From Macrostomum lignano (Eukaryota): DNA of 47,486 nucleotides. The notes under the pieces are model-generated. The model worked only from the letters and a program-made list of their open reading frames with translations. It was not told where the DNA came from and did no database searches. Location: contig NIVC01004390.1 in the NCBI GenBank assembly GCA_002269645.1, positions 1 to 47,486 of the forward strand, written 5' to 3'. A program made the position numbers and the translations under genes. Of this stretch, positions 1 through 12,500 are shown piece by piece (position 1 is the first letter of the stretch; every line of letters starts with the position of its first letter).

Positions 1-110
1 CTGCTTCTGCTGCTTCTGCTTCTGCTTCTGATTCTGCTGCTTCTGCTTCTGCTTCTGCTTCTGCTGCTTGTGCTTCTGCTTCTGCTGCTTCTGCTTCTGC
101 TGCTGACAGT
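1..110. repeat. Low-complexity (CTGCTT/CTG)n repeat, truncated by window start
   Basis: Mixed CTGCTT and CTG units directly visible. Confidence 0.8.
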
Positions 111-512
111 TTCTGTTTTTACTACTGCTGCTGTTGCAGTTCATCTGCTAGCGCTGCTGTTACTGATGCTGCTTACCGAGTCGAGCCATGGCAAGAGTGG
201 CCAGGATCTGCTGTCTGACAGCATGCTGCTGCTGCAGTTTCGGCTGTAGCAGGCAGCCATGCCCGACTCAATCGCGCAGTTTCCATAATTTGTGTCTTCC
301 AGCTCATCAGCGCAGCCGATCGGCCACCGAACCAGCATCTGCTGTCAGTGAGGGTCATCGGCTGCAACGAAATTGTTGCTTTTTATTGACAAAGTTCTCT
401 TGAAACAGTTTATACGCTCTTTACATACTACTGAATAATTCTAATACTAAATGAGTAACCACACTGTACTCTTTCCGGGTAAAAGATCCCCGTCAAGTCA
501 TGTACAATAGGA

Positions 513-2137
513 ATCAGTCAGTCAGTCAGTCAGTCAGTCAGTCAGTCAGTCAGTCAGTCAGTCAGTCAGTCAGTCAGTCAGTCAGTCAGTCAGTCAGTCA
601 GTCAGTCAGTCAGTCAGTCAGTCAGTCAGTCAGTCAGTCAGTCAGTCAGTCAGTCAGTCAGTCAGTCAGTCAGTCAGTCAGTCAGTCAGTCAGTCAGTCA
701 GTCAGTCAGTCAGTCAGTCAGTCAGTCAGTCAGTCCAGTCAGTCAGTCAGTCAGTCAGTCAGTCAGTCAGTCAGTCAGTCAGTCAGTCAGTCAGTCAGTC
801 AGTCAGTCAGTCAGTCAGTCAGTCAGTCAGTCAGTCAGTCATCAGTCAGTCAGTCAGTCAGTCAGTCAGTCGTCAGTCAGTCAGTCAGTCAGTCAGTCAT
901 CAGTCAGTCAGTCAGCAGTCAGTCGTCAGTCAGTCAGTCAGTCAGTCAGTCAGTCAGTCAGTCAGTCAGTCAGTCAGTCAGTCAGTCAGTCAGTCAGTCA
1001 GTCAGTCAGTCAGTCAGTCAGTCAGTCAGTCAGTCAGTCAGTCAGTCAGTCAGTCAGTCAGTCAGCAGTCAGTCAGTCAGTCAGTCAGTCAGTCAGTCAG
1101 TCAGTCAGTCAGTCAGTCAGTCAGTCAGTCAGTCAGTCAGTCAGTCAGTCAGTCAGTCAGTCAGTCAGTCAGTCAGTCAGTCAGTCAGTCAGTCAGTCAG
1201 TCAGTCAGTCAGTCAGTCAGTCAGTCAGTCAGTCAGTCAGTCAGTCAGTCAGTCAGTCAGTCAGTCAGTCAGTCAGTCCAGTCAGTCAGTCAGTCAGTCA
1301 GTCAGTCAGTCAGTCAGTCAGTCAGTCAGTCAGTCAGTCAGTCAGTCAGTCAGTCAGTCAGTCAGTCAGTCAGTCAGTCAGTCAGTCAGTCAGTCAGTCA
1401 GTCAGTCAGTCAGTCAGTCAGTCAGTCAGTCAGTCAGTCAGTCAGTCAGTCAGTCAGTCAGTCAGTCAAGTCAGTCAGTCAGTCAGTCAGTCAGTCAGTC
1501 AGTCAGTCAGTCAGTCAGTCAGTCAGTCAGTCAGTCAGTCAGTCAGTCAGTCAGTCAGTCAGTCAGTCAGTCAGTCAGTCAGTCAGTCAGTCAGTCAGTC
1601 AGTCAGTCAGTCAGTCAGTCAGTCAGTCAGTCAGTCAGTCAGTCAGTCAGTCAGTCAGTCAGTCAGTCAGTCAGTCAGTCAGTCAGTCAGTCAGTCAGTC
1701 AGTCAGTCAGTCAGTCAGTCAGTCAGTCAGTCAGTCAGTCAGTCAGTCAGTCAGTCAGTCAGTCAGTCAGTCAGTCAGTCAGTCAGTCAGTCAGTCAGTC
1801 AGTCAGTCAGTCAGTCAGTCAGTCAGTCAGTCAGTCAGTCAGTCAGTCAGTCAGTCAGTCAGTCAGTCAGTCAGTCAGTCAGTCAGTCAGTCAGTCAGTC
1901 AGTCAGTCAGTCAGTCAGTCAGTCAGTCAGTCAGTCAGTCAGTCAGTCAGTCAGTCAGTCAGTCAGTCAGTCAGTCAGTCAGTCAGTCAGTCAGTCAGTC
2001 AGTCAGTCAGTCAGTCAGTCAGTCAGTCAGTCAGTCAGTCAGTCAGTCAGTCAGTCAGTCAGTCAGTCAGTCAGTCAGTCAGTCAGTCAGTCAGTCAGTC
2101 AGTCAGTCAGTCAGTCAGTCAGTCAGTCAGTCAGTCA
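513..2137. repeat. (CAGT)n tetranucleotide microsatellite, about 1.6 kb
   Basis: Near-perfect CAGT array with a few 1-nt slips; source of the spurious SQSV ORF 500..2143. Confidence 0.99.
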
Positions 2138-2967
2138 CGATAAAAGAGACACAAAAGAATGAAAAGCTGCAAGGCAAAGGTACCTGCAGCCACAGTTATC
2201 AGAAGCGGAGACTACATATGCCTGGAACTGATAAAGCAAGCCTATATAAAATGACAGTGTATAAAGAAAAGCGCTGAGCGAGCAGAAGGCTTGAAGGGGA
2301 AGAAGCTGGAGAGAGATGAGTAGGAACTACAGCCGGCAGGAAACTGCAACAGGCTGTTGACGGCAAATTACCTGGGAGGAGGGGTGATGGCGAGCGAGGC
2401 AAAGGAGGCAAAGCAAAAATAGCCGGGCGAGTGGAGTGCAGACCTGCAATTTAATGGGGCCCATGTTTTTGCGTGACGCGAGCTCCCGCCACCGGGCAGC
2501 AGAACACCAAAGACTGCACAGTTCGCATCGTCTTTAGATAAATACACAGGAAAATGTTGGAATACTTGAGTATTTCAAGATAATTAGCTAGCTAGTGTCA
2601 GCGTAAACAACTCCATTTTTGGCTATGACTCCGTATTGATACGACACTAATTAGTATTTTTAAAGCTGATTTTGGTTTATAGTAGCTATGTGTAACCACT
2701 GCGCTTAGCTGCAAATGCCAAAAACTGCAATTATTTGCTACAATATGACTTATATCTACTAAAAGTACATAAAAGTACATAAGCTCTCAATCTCGACCTC
2801 CAGTCCAAAGTAATATACAAGTAATATCTCATTTCAGAGCCCACTACAGTTCGACTGTGATGAAGATATGATGCTGTGTTTTCACTGCGTTTGAATGCGC
2901 CGTGCAGCTCCAACATTGAAGAAGAGATTTTAAGATTGGTTGGCAATGGTTGATATACAATCGTAAA

Positions 2968-4962
2968 AGAGGTACAGAGTGAGAGGCACAGAGTGAGAGG
3001 CACAGAGTGAGAGGCACAGAGTGAGAGGCACAGAGTGAGAGGCACAGTGAGAGGCACAGTGAGAGGCACAGTGAGAGGCACAGTGAGAGGCACAGTGAGA
3101 GGCACACAGTGAGAGGCACAGAGTGATTGAGAGGCCCAGAGTGAGAGGTAGAGAGTGAGAGGTAGAGAGTGAGGTAGAGAGTGAGAGTGGCAAAAAGTGA
3201 GAGGCACAAAGTGAGAGGCACAGAGTGAGAGGCACAGTGAGAGGCACAGAGTGAGAGGCACAGAGTGAGAGGCACAGTGAGAGGCACAGTGAGAGGCACA
3301 GTGAGAGGCACAGTGAGAGGCACAGTGAGAGGCACACAGTGAGAGGCACAGAGTGATTGAGAGGCCCAGAGTGAGAGGTAGAGAGTGAGAGGTAGAGAGT
3401 GAGGTAGAGAGTGAGAGTGGCAAAAAGTGAGAGGCACAAAGTGAGAGGCACAGAGTGAGAGGCACAGTGAGAGGCACAGAGTTAGAGGCACAGAGTGAGA
3501 GGCACAGTGAGAGGCACAGTGAGAGGCACAGTGAGAGGCACAGAGTGAGAGGCACAGAGTGATTGAGAGGCCCAGAGTGAGAGGTAGAGGGTGAGGTAGA
3601 GAGTGAGAGTGGCAAAAAGTGAGAGGCGCAAAGTGAGAGGCAGTGAGTGAGAGGTAGAGAGTGAGATCGGCACAAAGTGAGAGGTACACAGTGAGAGGCA
3701 CACAGTGAGAGGCACAGAGTGAGGCACAGAGTGAGGCACAGAGTGAGAGGCACAGAGTGAGAGGCAGTGAGTGAGAGGCAGTAAGTGAGAGGCACAGTGA
3801 GAGGCACAGAGTGAGAGGCACAGAGTGATTGAGAGGCCCAGAGTGAGAGGTAGAGAGTGAGGTAGAGAGTGAGAGTGGCAAAAAGTGAGAGGCACAAAGT
3901 GAGAGGCACAGAGTGAGAGGCACAGAGTGAGAGGCACAGTGAGAGGCACAGAGTTAGAGGCACAGAGTGAGAGGCACAGTGAGAGGCACAGTGAGAGGCA
4001 CAGTGAGAGGCACAGAGTGAGAGGCACAGAGTGATTGAGAGGCCCAGAGTGAGAGGTAGAGAGTGAGGTAGAGAGTGAGAGTGGCAAAAAGTGAGAGGCA
4101 CAAAGTGAGAGGCAGTGAGTGAGAGGTAGAGAGTGAGATCGGCACAAAGTGAGAGGTACACAGTGAGAGGCACACAGTGAGAGGTACACAGTGAGAGGCA
4201 CATAGTGAGAGGCACAGAGTGAGGCACAGAGTGAGGCACAGAGTGAGAGGCACAGAGTGAGAGGCAGTGAGTGAGAGGCAGTAAGTGAGAGGCACAGAGT
4301 GAGAGACACACAGTGAGAGGCAGTGAGTGAGAGGCACAGGGTGAGAGGCACATTGTGAGAGGCACAGGGTGAGAGGCACAGGGTGAGAGGCACAGGGTGA
4401 GAGGCACAGGGTGAGAGGCACACAGTGAGAGGCAGTGAGTGAGAGGCACAGGGTGAGAGGCACAGGGTGAGAGGCAGTGAGTGAAAGGCACAGAGTGATT
4501 GAGAGGCCCAGAGTGAGAGGTAGAGAGTGAGAGGTAGAGAGTGAGATAGAGAGTGAGAGTGGCAAAAAGTGAGAGGCACAGAGTGAGAGGCAGTGAGTGA
4601 GAGGCAGAGAGTGAAATCGGCACAAAGTGAGAGGCACACAGTGAGAGGCACAGAGTGAGAGGCACAGAGTGAGAGGCACACAGTGAGAGGCACACAGTGA
4701 GAGGCACACAGTGAGAGACACACAGTGAGAGACACACAGTGAGAGGCACACAGTGAGAGGCTCACAGTGAGAGGCACATAGTGAGAGGCACAGACTGAGG
4801 CACAGAGTGAGAGGCACAGAGTGAGAGGCACAGGGTGAGAGTCAGTAAGTGAGAGGCACAGAGTGAGAGACACACAGTGAGAGGCAGTGAGTGAGAGGCA
4901 CAGGGTGAGAGGCACAGGGTGAGAGGCACAGGGTGAGAGGCAGTGAGTGAGAGGCACACAGT
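2968..4962. repeat. Composite minisatellite of 12-14-bp CAC(AG)AGTGAGAGG units with higher-order blocks
   Basis: Units GGCACAGAGTGAGA, GGCACAGTGAGA and variants; a recurring block GATTGAGAGGCCCAGAG...GTGGCAAAAAGTG marks higher-order repeats. Confidence 0.97.
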
Positions 4963-5440
4963 GGGGTAGGCAGAGAAAGTGGCCTGTCTGTGTGCTTAAT
5001 AAGGCACCATAATTACAATCTGTCAGTCACGCGTCTTATTACAGACGCATGCTGCAGTTGCATCTATACAACTGTAATACAGACTGGATGTCAGCTGGAA
5101 TCGTAATGAGTTTGATTGCCACAGGTTTCGGTGCAGCAGGCAGGAATGCAGAACCCCCTCGCATATCATTTTTGGAAGACATATATTGCCTGTAACTCGC
5201 GAATTGCAATCCTCAGTGATCTGCACTATTAACTGTAGATCAAATCCCAGGAATGCTCGCAATTAATTATTTATGCCTAGGTGCATACGAGCTAAAGATC
5301 GTCATGACTATCCATTGCTGTATTAATGAGATGAGCTGTATTAATGAGTAATTATGAGATTAAATAAATCCTATTATCACGTGAGATTCGAAATTTTTGC
5401 TCTTTGCTAAATAAAGTACATGTGAAGATACATGAATACA

Positions 5441-5810
5441 CACTCACCGGAATCTCATCAATTTCACCGGTATCTCTATTTTGTCTCTCACCGGTATCTT
5501 CTTATCTCTTACCAGTATCTCCCTCTCTCACCGGCATCTCCTTATCTCTCCCCGGTATCTCCGTATGTCTCTCACCGGTATCTCCTTATCTCTTTCACCG
5601 GTGTCCCATATCTCTCTCACCGGTATCTATTTATGTCTCCCACAGGTATCTCATTGTCTCTCACCGGTATCTCATTATCTCTCACCGGTATCTCCTTATC
5701 TCTCTCACCTGTTTCTTTCATCTCTTAACCTCTCTCCGTGCCTCTCCCAGATCTACATGTACATACGTGCCTACCTCTCTCTACCCTGCTCTCTCACCGG
5801 TTTCTCCTTA
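5441..5810. repeat. Degenerate pyrimidine-rich tandem repeat (core TCTCTCACCGGTATCTC)
   Basis: CACCGGTATCT core recurs at roughly 20-25-bp spacing. Confidence 0.8.
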
Positions 5811-6952
5811 CCCAGCTCTGATCCCAGTCTCCTTCACCCCTCAGTTCTCAGCATTCTCCCCGGTGTCTTTAATATCTGGACTCTTAGCAGACTTATATCG
5901 ATTCCTCATTTTAGTCTCGTCTTCCCTCTTCTTTCCTGCCCGACTGGGAGCTCTCAATTTTCTTATTAATTATCCCTCTCCGATCGCGTGCCGCCTGTTC
6001 CCAGTCGCCAGAGCACAAAAAGTCCGTCGAAAAGTTACGCCTGAGATTGAAAAGCAGCTGGCCGGGCTGATCCAGCCTCTTCATCAAGTAATACTTTCAC
6101 AGGCAGATATAACCCCACCTCCAGTTTTTTCACTTAGAAACAAAATTCGATTCCCCAGATATACAAGACCTACCTGATCGAATCGAGCACTCGCTGTCTT
6201 CTACAGTCTTAGGAAGTGTATTAATTAATATAATCCAGTGGATCCTTAATCTTTAATATTACCGCCGATATTACCAAGCGAAGACAGCTCACAGAAGTAT
6301 TAAAGGAGATTCTTCGGGATTGCAGCTTGAGCAGCTGAGCAACAAGGAATAGGAGCTTGCACTCGGCGCTATTTAGTCTGAGAATCTTCTCTTCTCCCCC
6401 AGCCTTTCCCTCCTTCATCCCTACTCCCCTGCAGACTCTTCGCCCTCACTCTTCCTTCGCCTGTCTCCATCCCGCGCTTGCCCCTGGCCAATCTTGCTCC
6501 TTGCTCCAGTCTCCACCTTCAAACCACTCCTCTGCGCCGAGTCGCCCGCTTCAAAAGAAACTGGAGAAAAAGAATAAGAGAGACTAGCAAGGCGAAATTA
6601 TATGCAAAGCAAAAAAGACTGACGAGCTGCTGCTGCTGAGTGACAGTAAAAAACAGGGAGGCCTACAGAGAAGACAGACACAGTCGCGTGCTTAGGTCGA
6701 TTTTTTCACTTAGCGAGAAATCGGGGAGCCAACCGCACCTGCACTATGTACACACACCTGGGACTTAGTCTGTGTATCGAAATCCTCATGTAATCCACAC
6801 TGCAATTAATACTTGGAATTTAAACAAGCAGCTGTAATTTCTTATTATTTTTACGAGTGCCAATAAGCAGTGCATGTACAGATGGTTTTTGCCAAGAATT
6901 TTTTTAACCTAAAAAGTGCCCGCTTTCTTCGCAGACACGCCGTGAAGTTCCC

Positions 6953-7863
6953 CCAGCAACTGAGGATCTTGAAGGCTGGCTCAGCAACTGAGGATTTGGG
7001 AGGCTGGCCCAGCAACTGAGGATCTTGAAGGCTGGCACAGCAACTGAGGATCTGGGAGGCTGGCCTAGCAACTGAGGATTTGGAGGCTGGCCCAGCAACG
7101 AAGGATTTGAGAGGCTGATGGCCCAGCAACTGAGGATCTGAGAGGCTGGCCTAGCAACTGACACTCTCGGAGGCTGGCCTAGCAACTGACACTCTCGGAG
7201 GCTGGCCTAGCAACTAAGGATTTTGGAGGCTGACCCAGCAACGAAGGATTTGGGAGGCTGATGGCTCAGCAACTGAGGATTTGGGAGGCTGGCCCAGCAA
7301 CTGAGGATCTTGAAGGCTGGCACAGCAACTGAGGATCTGGGAGGCTGGCCTAGCAACTGAGGATTTGGGAGGCTGGCCCAGCAACGAAGGATTTGAGAGG
7401 CTGATGGCCCAGCAACTGAGGATCTGAGAGGCTGGCCTAGCAACTGACACTCTCGGAGGCTGGCCTAGCAACTGACACTCTCGGAGGCTGGCCTAGCAAC
7501 TAAGGATTTTGGAGGCTGACCCAGCAACGAAGGATTTGGGAGGCTGATGGCTCAGCAACTGAGGATTTGGGAGGCTGGCCCAGCAACTGAGGATCTTAAA
7601 GGCTGGCACAGCAACTGAGGATCTGGGAGGCTGGCCTAGCAACTGAGGATTTGGGAGGCTGGCCCAGCAACGAAGGATTTGAGAGGCTGATGGCCCAGCA
7701 ACTGAGGATCTGAGAGGCTGGCCTAGCAACTGACACTCTCGGAGGCTGGCCTAGCAACTGACACTCTCGGAGGCTGGCCTAGCAACTAAGGATTTTGGAG
7801 GCTGACCCAGCAACGAAGGATTTGGGAGGCTGATGGCCCAGCAACTGAGGATCTGGGAGGCTG
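6953..7863. repeat. About 30-bp minisatellite (GGAGGCTGGCCCAGCAACTGAGGAT..) with 286-bp higher-order period
   Basis: Unit visible; ORFs 7207..7443 and 7493..7729 translate identically at an offset of 286 bp. Confidence 0.95.
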
Positions 7864-9139
7864 GCGGTGGCCCAAAAGAAGGGTATTGAACCTGTTTCTT
7901 TCCCAGAAAAAAACAATAAACTAATAAATCAAAAGTGAATAAATTCATAAATCAGTATTAAAGTTGTTTTGGTTTTTAAACTGCAGCGAAAACAACCGAC
8001 ACAAACGAACACTAAACAGTAGGATTTGAATGCCTTTAATATACTTCCTTCAACAAGCAAACTGAACCATTGAAACACGAACAAAACGCCAAATTATAGG
8101 ATTAAACGAGAGAAAAACGCATTTAAAATTCGGGAGGGGGCTGCCGCACTGCACAAAAAACAGGTTTTGAGAAAAAGGGAAGAAAAGAATAAGATTACGG
8201 ACGCGAACGGAGAGGCTAAAATCGAAGTCAAGCATCGAGAGAAGGGAAACGTCTTGCAAGAGCGCGGATCGCACTGTTTAAAAATGAAATAAGTTGACAG
8301 TTTTTTATTTAAAAGTCATTAAAACCGCATGATAAAAGCACAGACCCGAAACCGGAGATAGTACTGCAGGTAACAAGAATCGGATATAGTTGAAGGCCTA
8401 CCTGGATAGTGTTCGAAACGCAGAAAAATGTCCAGATTAAATGAAATAAATGATTAAAAAAAAAAAATTTTGCATCAATAATGCGGCACGAACGCGGAGT
8501 TAATAAGTAGTCAAACTTAGTAGTGAAACAACAATTTAAAAACTATAATTTTCGGCGAAATTGTATCAGCATTTAGAAGTCACATATAAATAATAAACAA
8601 CAATGAAAATATTTATTTTATAATTATTATTCAGATTTTGTTAGTCTCAAAACTTTTGCACAAATTTAGCTAGATGATAATCATAACGGAAGCCGACCAG
8701 CAACGCAGGGGGGGGGCAATAATAAACACAGATGATAATCAACAGTTGAAAAATAAATGAAAATGTAAAATTTTCAAAATTCTCGCTACTACCAGACAGG
8801 TTTTCTCGTTACTCAGTAGTGTATGGCGAATATAGTTAGCATTTTTCAGACAGGTTTTTCTAATCAAAATAGTGGCGATAAAGTCAGTAAATAAATGGTA
8901 TTGGATAAAATTATTCAAGCCAGACGCAGACTGGGGTCCAATAGCGCTAGCAATAAATAGGGTTTGAATCGCCCAGTTGAAAGTGTTGCAACTAGGAACT
9001 GCAACAACAGCAACAACACACCGAGAAAAAGGAACCACAAAAAAGCAGTCAGAATTTGAAAAATTGCCAAAATAAATTTATGCTCAGATGCACAACTTAT
9101 CCAAGAAACATCCGGTAGTAAAACGCTTAATCCGATACT

Positions 9140-9506
9140 TCAATTGGTTGCCGCACTCTTATTACTATTAGTAGCTGATGCCGACGACACAGGCAGCTGG
9201 GGCGGCGACCTGGGCATTTGAAACCAGTGCATCAGGCCGGCCTGAACCAGATCTTCTTGAACAAATCGCCACTGAGACTGCTGCGGCTCCTTTGTGTACA
9301 GGTAAACGCACGGCTGGTTAACATCGTTAAAGTACACTACCTGGCATTTCACTCGCTTGTTGGTCAAGTAGCCTTGGTGAACGGATCGGCTGATGCTGTC
9401 TAGCTGGACATCCACGTCTGCGGAGCCCGCCGCGGTTGAAATGGCCGGACTGACGTAGGCCAGGTGCGCTTCCACCGCTTGGAATGGCAGGTGCATCATC
9501 TCTGTG
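9140..9506 (-). CDS. AKAP1: AKAP1-like coding exon 4 (C-terminal SN-like half of extended Tudor)
   Basis: ttccag|C ACA GAG: (R)TEMMHLPFQAVEAHLAYVSP...DLVQAGLMHW...stop. Confidence 0.85.
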
Positions 9507-12500
9507 CTGGAATCCAAAGGGGGCTGGATTCTTTAGGTGAGTTTAGGTTGGGGCTGGATTCTTTAGGTGAGTTTAGGTTAGGGCTGGATTCTTTAGGTGA
9601 GTTTAGGTTGGGGCTGGATTCTTTAGGTGAGTTTAGGTTGGGGCTGGATTCTTTAGGTGAGTTTAGGTTGGGGCTGGATTCTTTAGGTGAGTTTAGGTTG
9701 GGGCTGGATTCTTTAGGTGAGTTTAGGTTAGGGCTGGATTCTTTAGGTGAGTTTAGGTTGGGGCTGGATTATTTAGGTAAGTTTAGGTTAGGGCTGGATT
9801 CTTTAGGTGAGTTTAGGTTGGGGCTGGATTCTTTAGGTGAGTTTAGGTTGGGGCTGGATTCTTTAGGTGAGTTTAGGTTGGGGCTGGATTCTTTAGGTGA
9901 GTTTAGGTTGGGGCTGGATTCTTTAGGTGAGTTTAGGTTGGGGCTGGATTCTTTAGGTGAGTTTAGGTTGGGGCTGGATTCTTTAGGTGAGTTTAGGTTG
10001 GGGCTGGATTCTTTAGGTGAGTTTAGGTCGGGGCTGGATTCTTTAGGTGAGTTTAGGTTGGGGCTGGATTCTTTAGGTGAGTTTAGGTTGGGGCTGGATT
10101 CTTTAGGTGAGTTTAGGTTGGGGCTGGATTCTTTAGGTGAGTTTAGGTTGGGGCTGGATTCTTTAGGTGAGTTTAGGTTGGGGCTGGATTCTTTAGGTGA
10201 GTTTAGGTTGGGGCTGGATTCTTTAGGTGAGTTTAGGTTGGGGCTGGATTCTTTAGGTGAGTTTAGGTTGGGGCTGGATTCTTTAGGTAAGTTTAGGTTG
10301 GGGCTGGATTCTTTAGGTGAGTTTAGGTTGGGGTAGGTCATCAGAGTGGATTAAGAGGGTATTCCAAAGGTCGAATAAAAATTGATAATCAAGTCGGAGT
10401 TGAGAGTCGACTCCGGGGTAGATCAAGGTGAGATTTAAACAGTTGGATTGAAAGCCTTTTTTAGAATATGGTCTGAGCATATTCTCAGCCGTGAGCCTTG
10501 GTATCTCAGCAAAATCCCCCCATGAGCCTTGGCATCTCAGCAAAATTCTCCCCATGAGCCTTGGCATCTCAGCACAATTCCCCCATGAGCCTTGGCATCT
10601 CAGCACAATTCCCGCATGAGCCTTGGTATCTCAGCACAATTCCCCCCATGAGCCTTAGTATCTTAGCACAATTCCCCCATGAGCCTTGGTATCTCAGCAC
10701 AATTCCCACCCCCATGAGCCTTGGGATCTCAGCAAAATTCTCCCCGTGAGACTTGGCATCTCAGGTAAATCGCTCCACTAACCGAATCTGCTTCAGACAA
10801 CCAACTGGCATTTTCTCATAGCCGCCCCAGTCCAGGTATTTCATCAGCACCGCGTCCTCCTCGGGAAAGACGTCGGCAATGATGGCCCGATGCCAGCTGT
10901 TGCCGAAGGGGCAATGCAGACGGCTCCAGGATTGACTGGCCGTGGCAGGCAGGGCGGCGGCTGCTGCGGAATCGAACCCGGGCCCACGCCGCCGCCGTAA
11001 TGACGTTTAATAGTGGCGTCCATTTTTTCCAGATGATGAAAACTGGGATGCGTCGGCTGCTGCAGGAATACGGTTGTGCCGCGGGACATTGCGCAGACGG
11101 TTACGTCGATTGTAGCGCCCACCGGCAGGCTTAGCTGTTAGAGGATAAGGGAAATGGATTCTTGGAGGCGGTTCTTGACGGCGATTTTTGGGGAGTTAAG
11201 GGCGATTCTTGAGGGTGATTCTTGACAGCGATTTTTGGGGAGTTGAGGGCGATTCTTGAGGGTGATTTTTGACGGCGATTTTTGGGAAGTTGAGGGCGAT
11301 TCTTGAGGGTGATTCTTGACGGCGATTTTTGGGGAGTTGAGGGCGATTCTTGAGGGTGATTCTTGACGGCGATTTTTGGGGAGTTGAGGGCGATTCTTGA
11401 GGGTGATTCTTGACGGCGATTTTTGGGGAGTTGAGGGCGATTCTTGAGGGTGATTCTTGACGGCGATTTTTGGGGAGTTGAGGGCGATTCTTGAGGGTGA
11501 TTCTTGACGGCGATTTTGGGGAGCTGAGGGCGATTCTTGACGGCGATTTTTGGAGAGTTGACGGCGATTCTTGGGGAGTTAAGGGCGATTCTTGACGGCG
11601 ATTTTTGTAGAGTTGAGGGCGATTCTTGACGGCGATTTTTGTAGAGTTGAGGGCGATTCTTGACGGCGATTTTGGGGAGCTGAGGGCGATTCTTGACGGC
11701 GATTTTTGGAGAGTTGACGGCGATTCTTGGGGAGTTGAGGGCGATTCTTGACGGCGATTTTTGTAGAGTTGAGGGCGATTCTTGACGGCGATTTTTGTAG
11801 AGTTGAGGGCGATTCTTGACGGCGATTTTGGGGAGCTGAGGGCGATTCTTGACGGCGATTTTTGGAGAGTTGACGGCGATTCTTGGGGAGTTGAGGGCGA
11901 TTCTTGACGGCGATTTTTGTAGAGTTGAGGGCGATTCTTGACGGCGATTTTTGTAGAGTTGAGGGCGATTCTGGACGGCGATTTTTGAAGAGTTGAGGGC
12001 GATTATTTGGGAGTTAAGGGAGATTTTTGACGGCGATTTTTAGGGTAAGGGAGTTAAGGGCGATTCTATCAAACTACCGGTAATTTTTTTAAGCTAAAAA
12101 TATTAATTAGATCTTTGGCCCAATTAGGGTCATTCCAATTCTGGAGAATAATTCTTGAGGTCTTTTGACGATACGACGATAGGAATTTACCGAGATCAGT
12201 TTTCGAACAAAATTATCTTATAAAACCACAATTTCTTGGCAACAATGTTTAACTTGAGACTTGAAAACGTAAAACTTGATGAATTACTCATTAACTATAT
12301 ACCCAAATTGACCCTAATATGCGTTGGCTCTCTTTAGCGTTTAGTGTGTTTTAACAATGATTGCAACATCAATGCTAAATTCAAACACCTGGAGGCATGG
12401 GAACGGGTTGGTTGCGAGTAACTCAATGAGTTGCCGGGCAGTGATAGTCGCGCCGCATGCAAGTCTATAGGACTCTAGGTCAATAGAGGGCACACGCGCA

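Noticed and set aside
1-403. SR-rich or AEAEA coding exon on the minus strand
   Set aside because: Stops separate the repeat from the short ORFs; no recognisable domain.
500-2143. 547-aa SQSV ORF
   Set aside because: Translation of (CAGT)n, which has no stop in these frames.
2731-4959. Overlapping long LCLS/ASHSVP ORFs
   Set aside because: All frames are open because of the minisatellite; no coding signal.
5023-6620. Short ORFs (5023..5262, 5404..6177, 6221..6418, 6357..6587) as exons or a decayed retroelement ORF
   Set aside because: No recognisable motifs or consistent splice phases; an unseen gene here cannot be excluded.
9464-10341. RLGLDSLGEF / SPNLNSPKE repeat proteins
   Set aside because: 30-bp intronic array; open frames are incidental.
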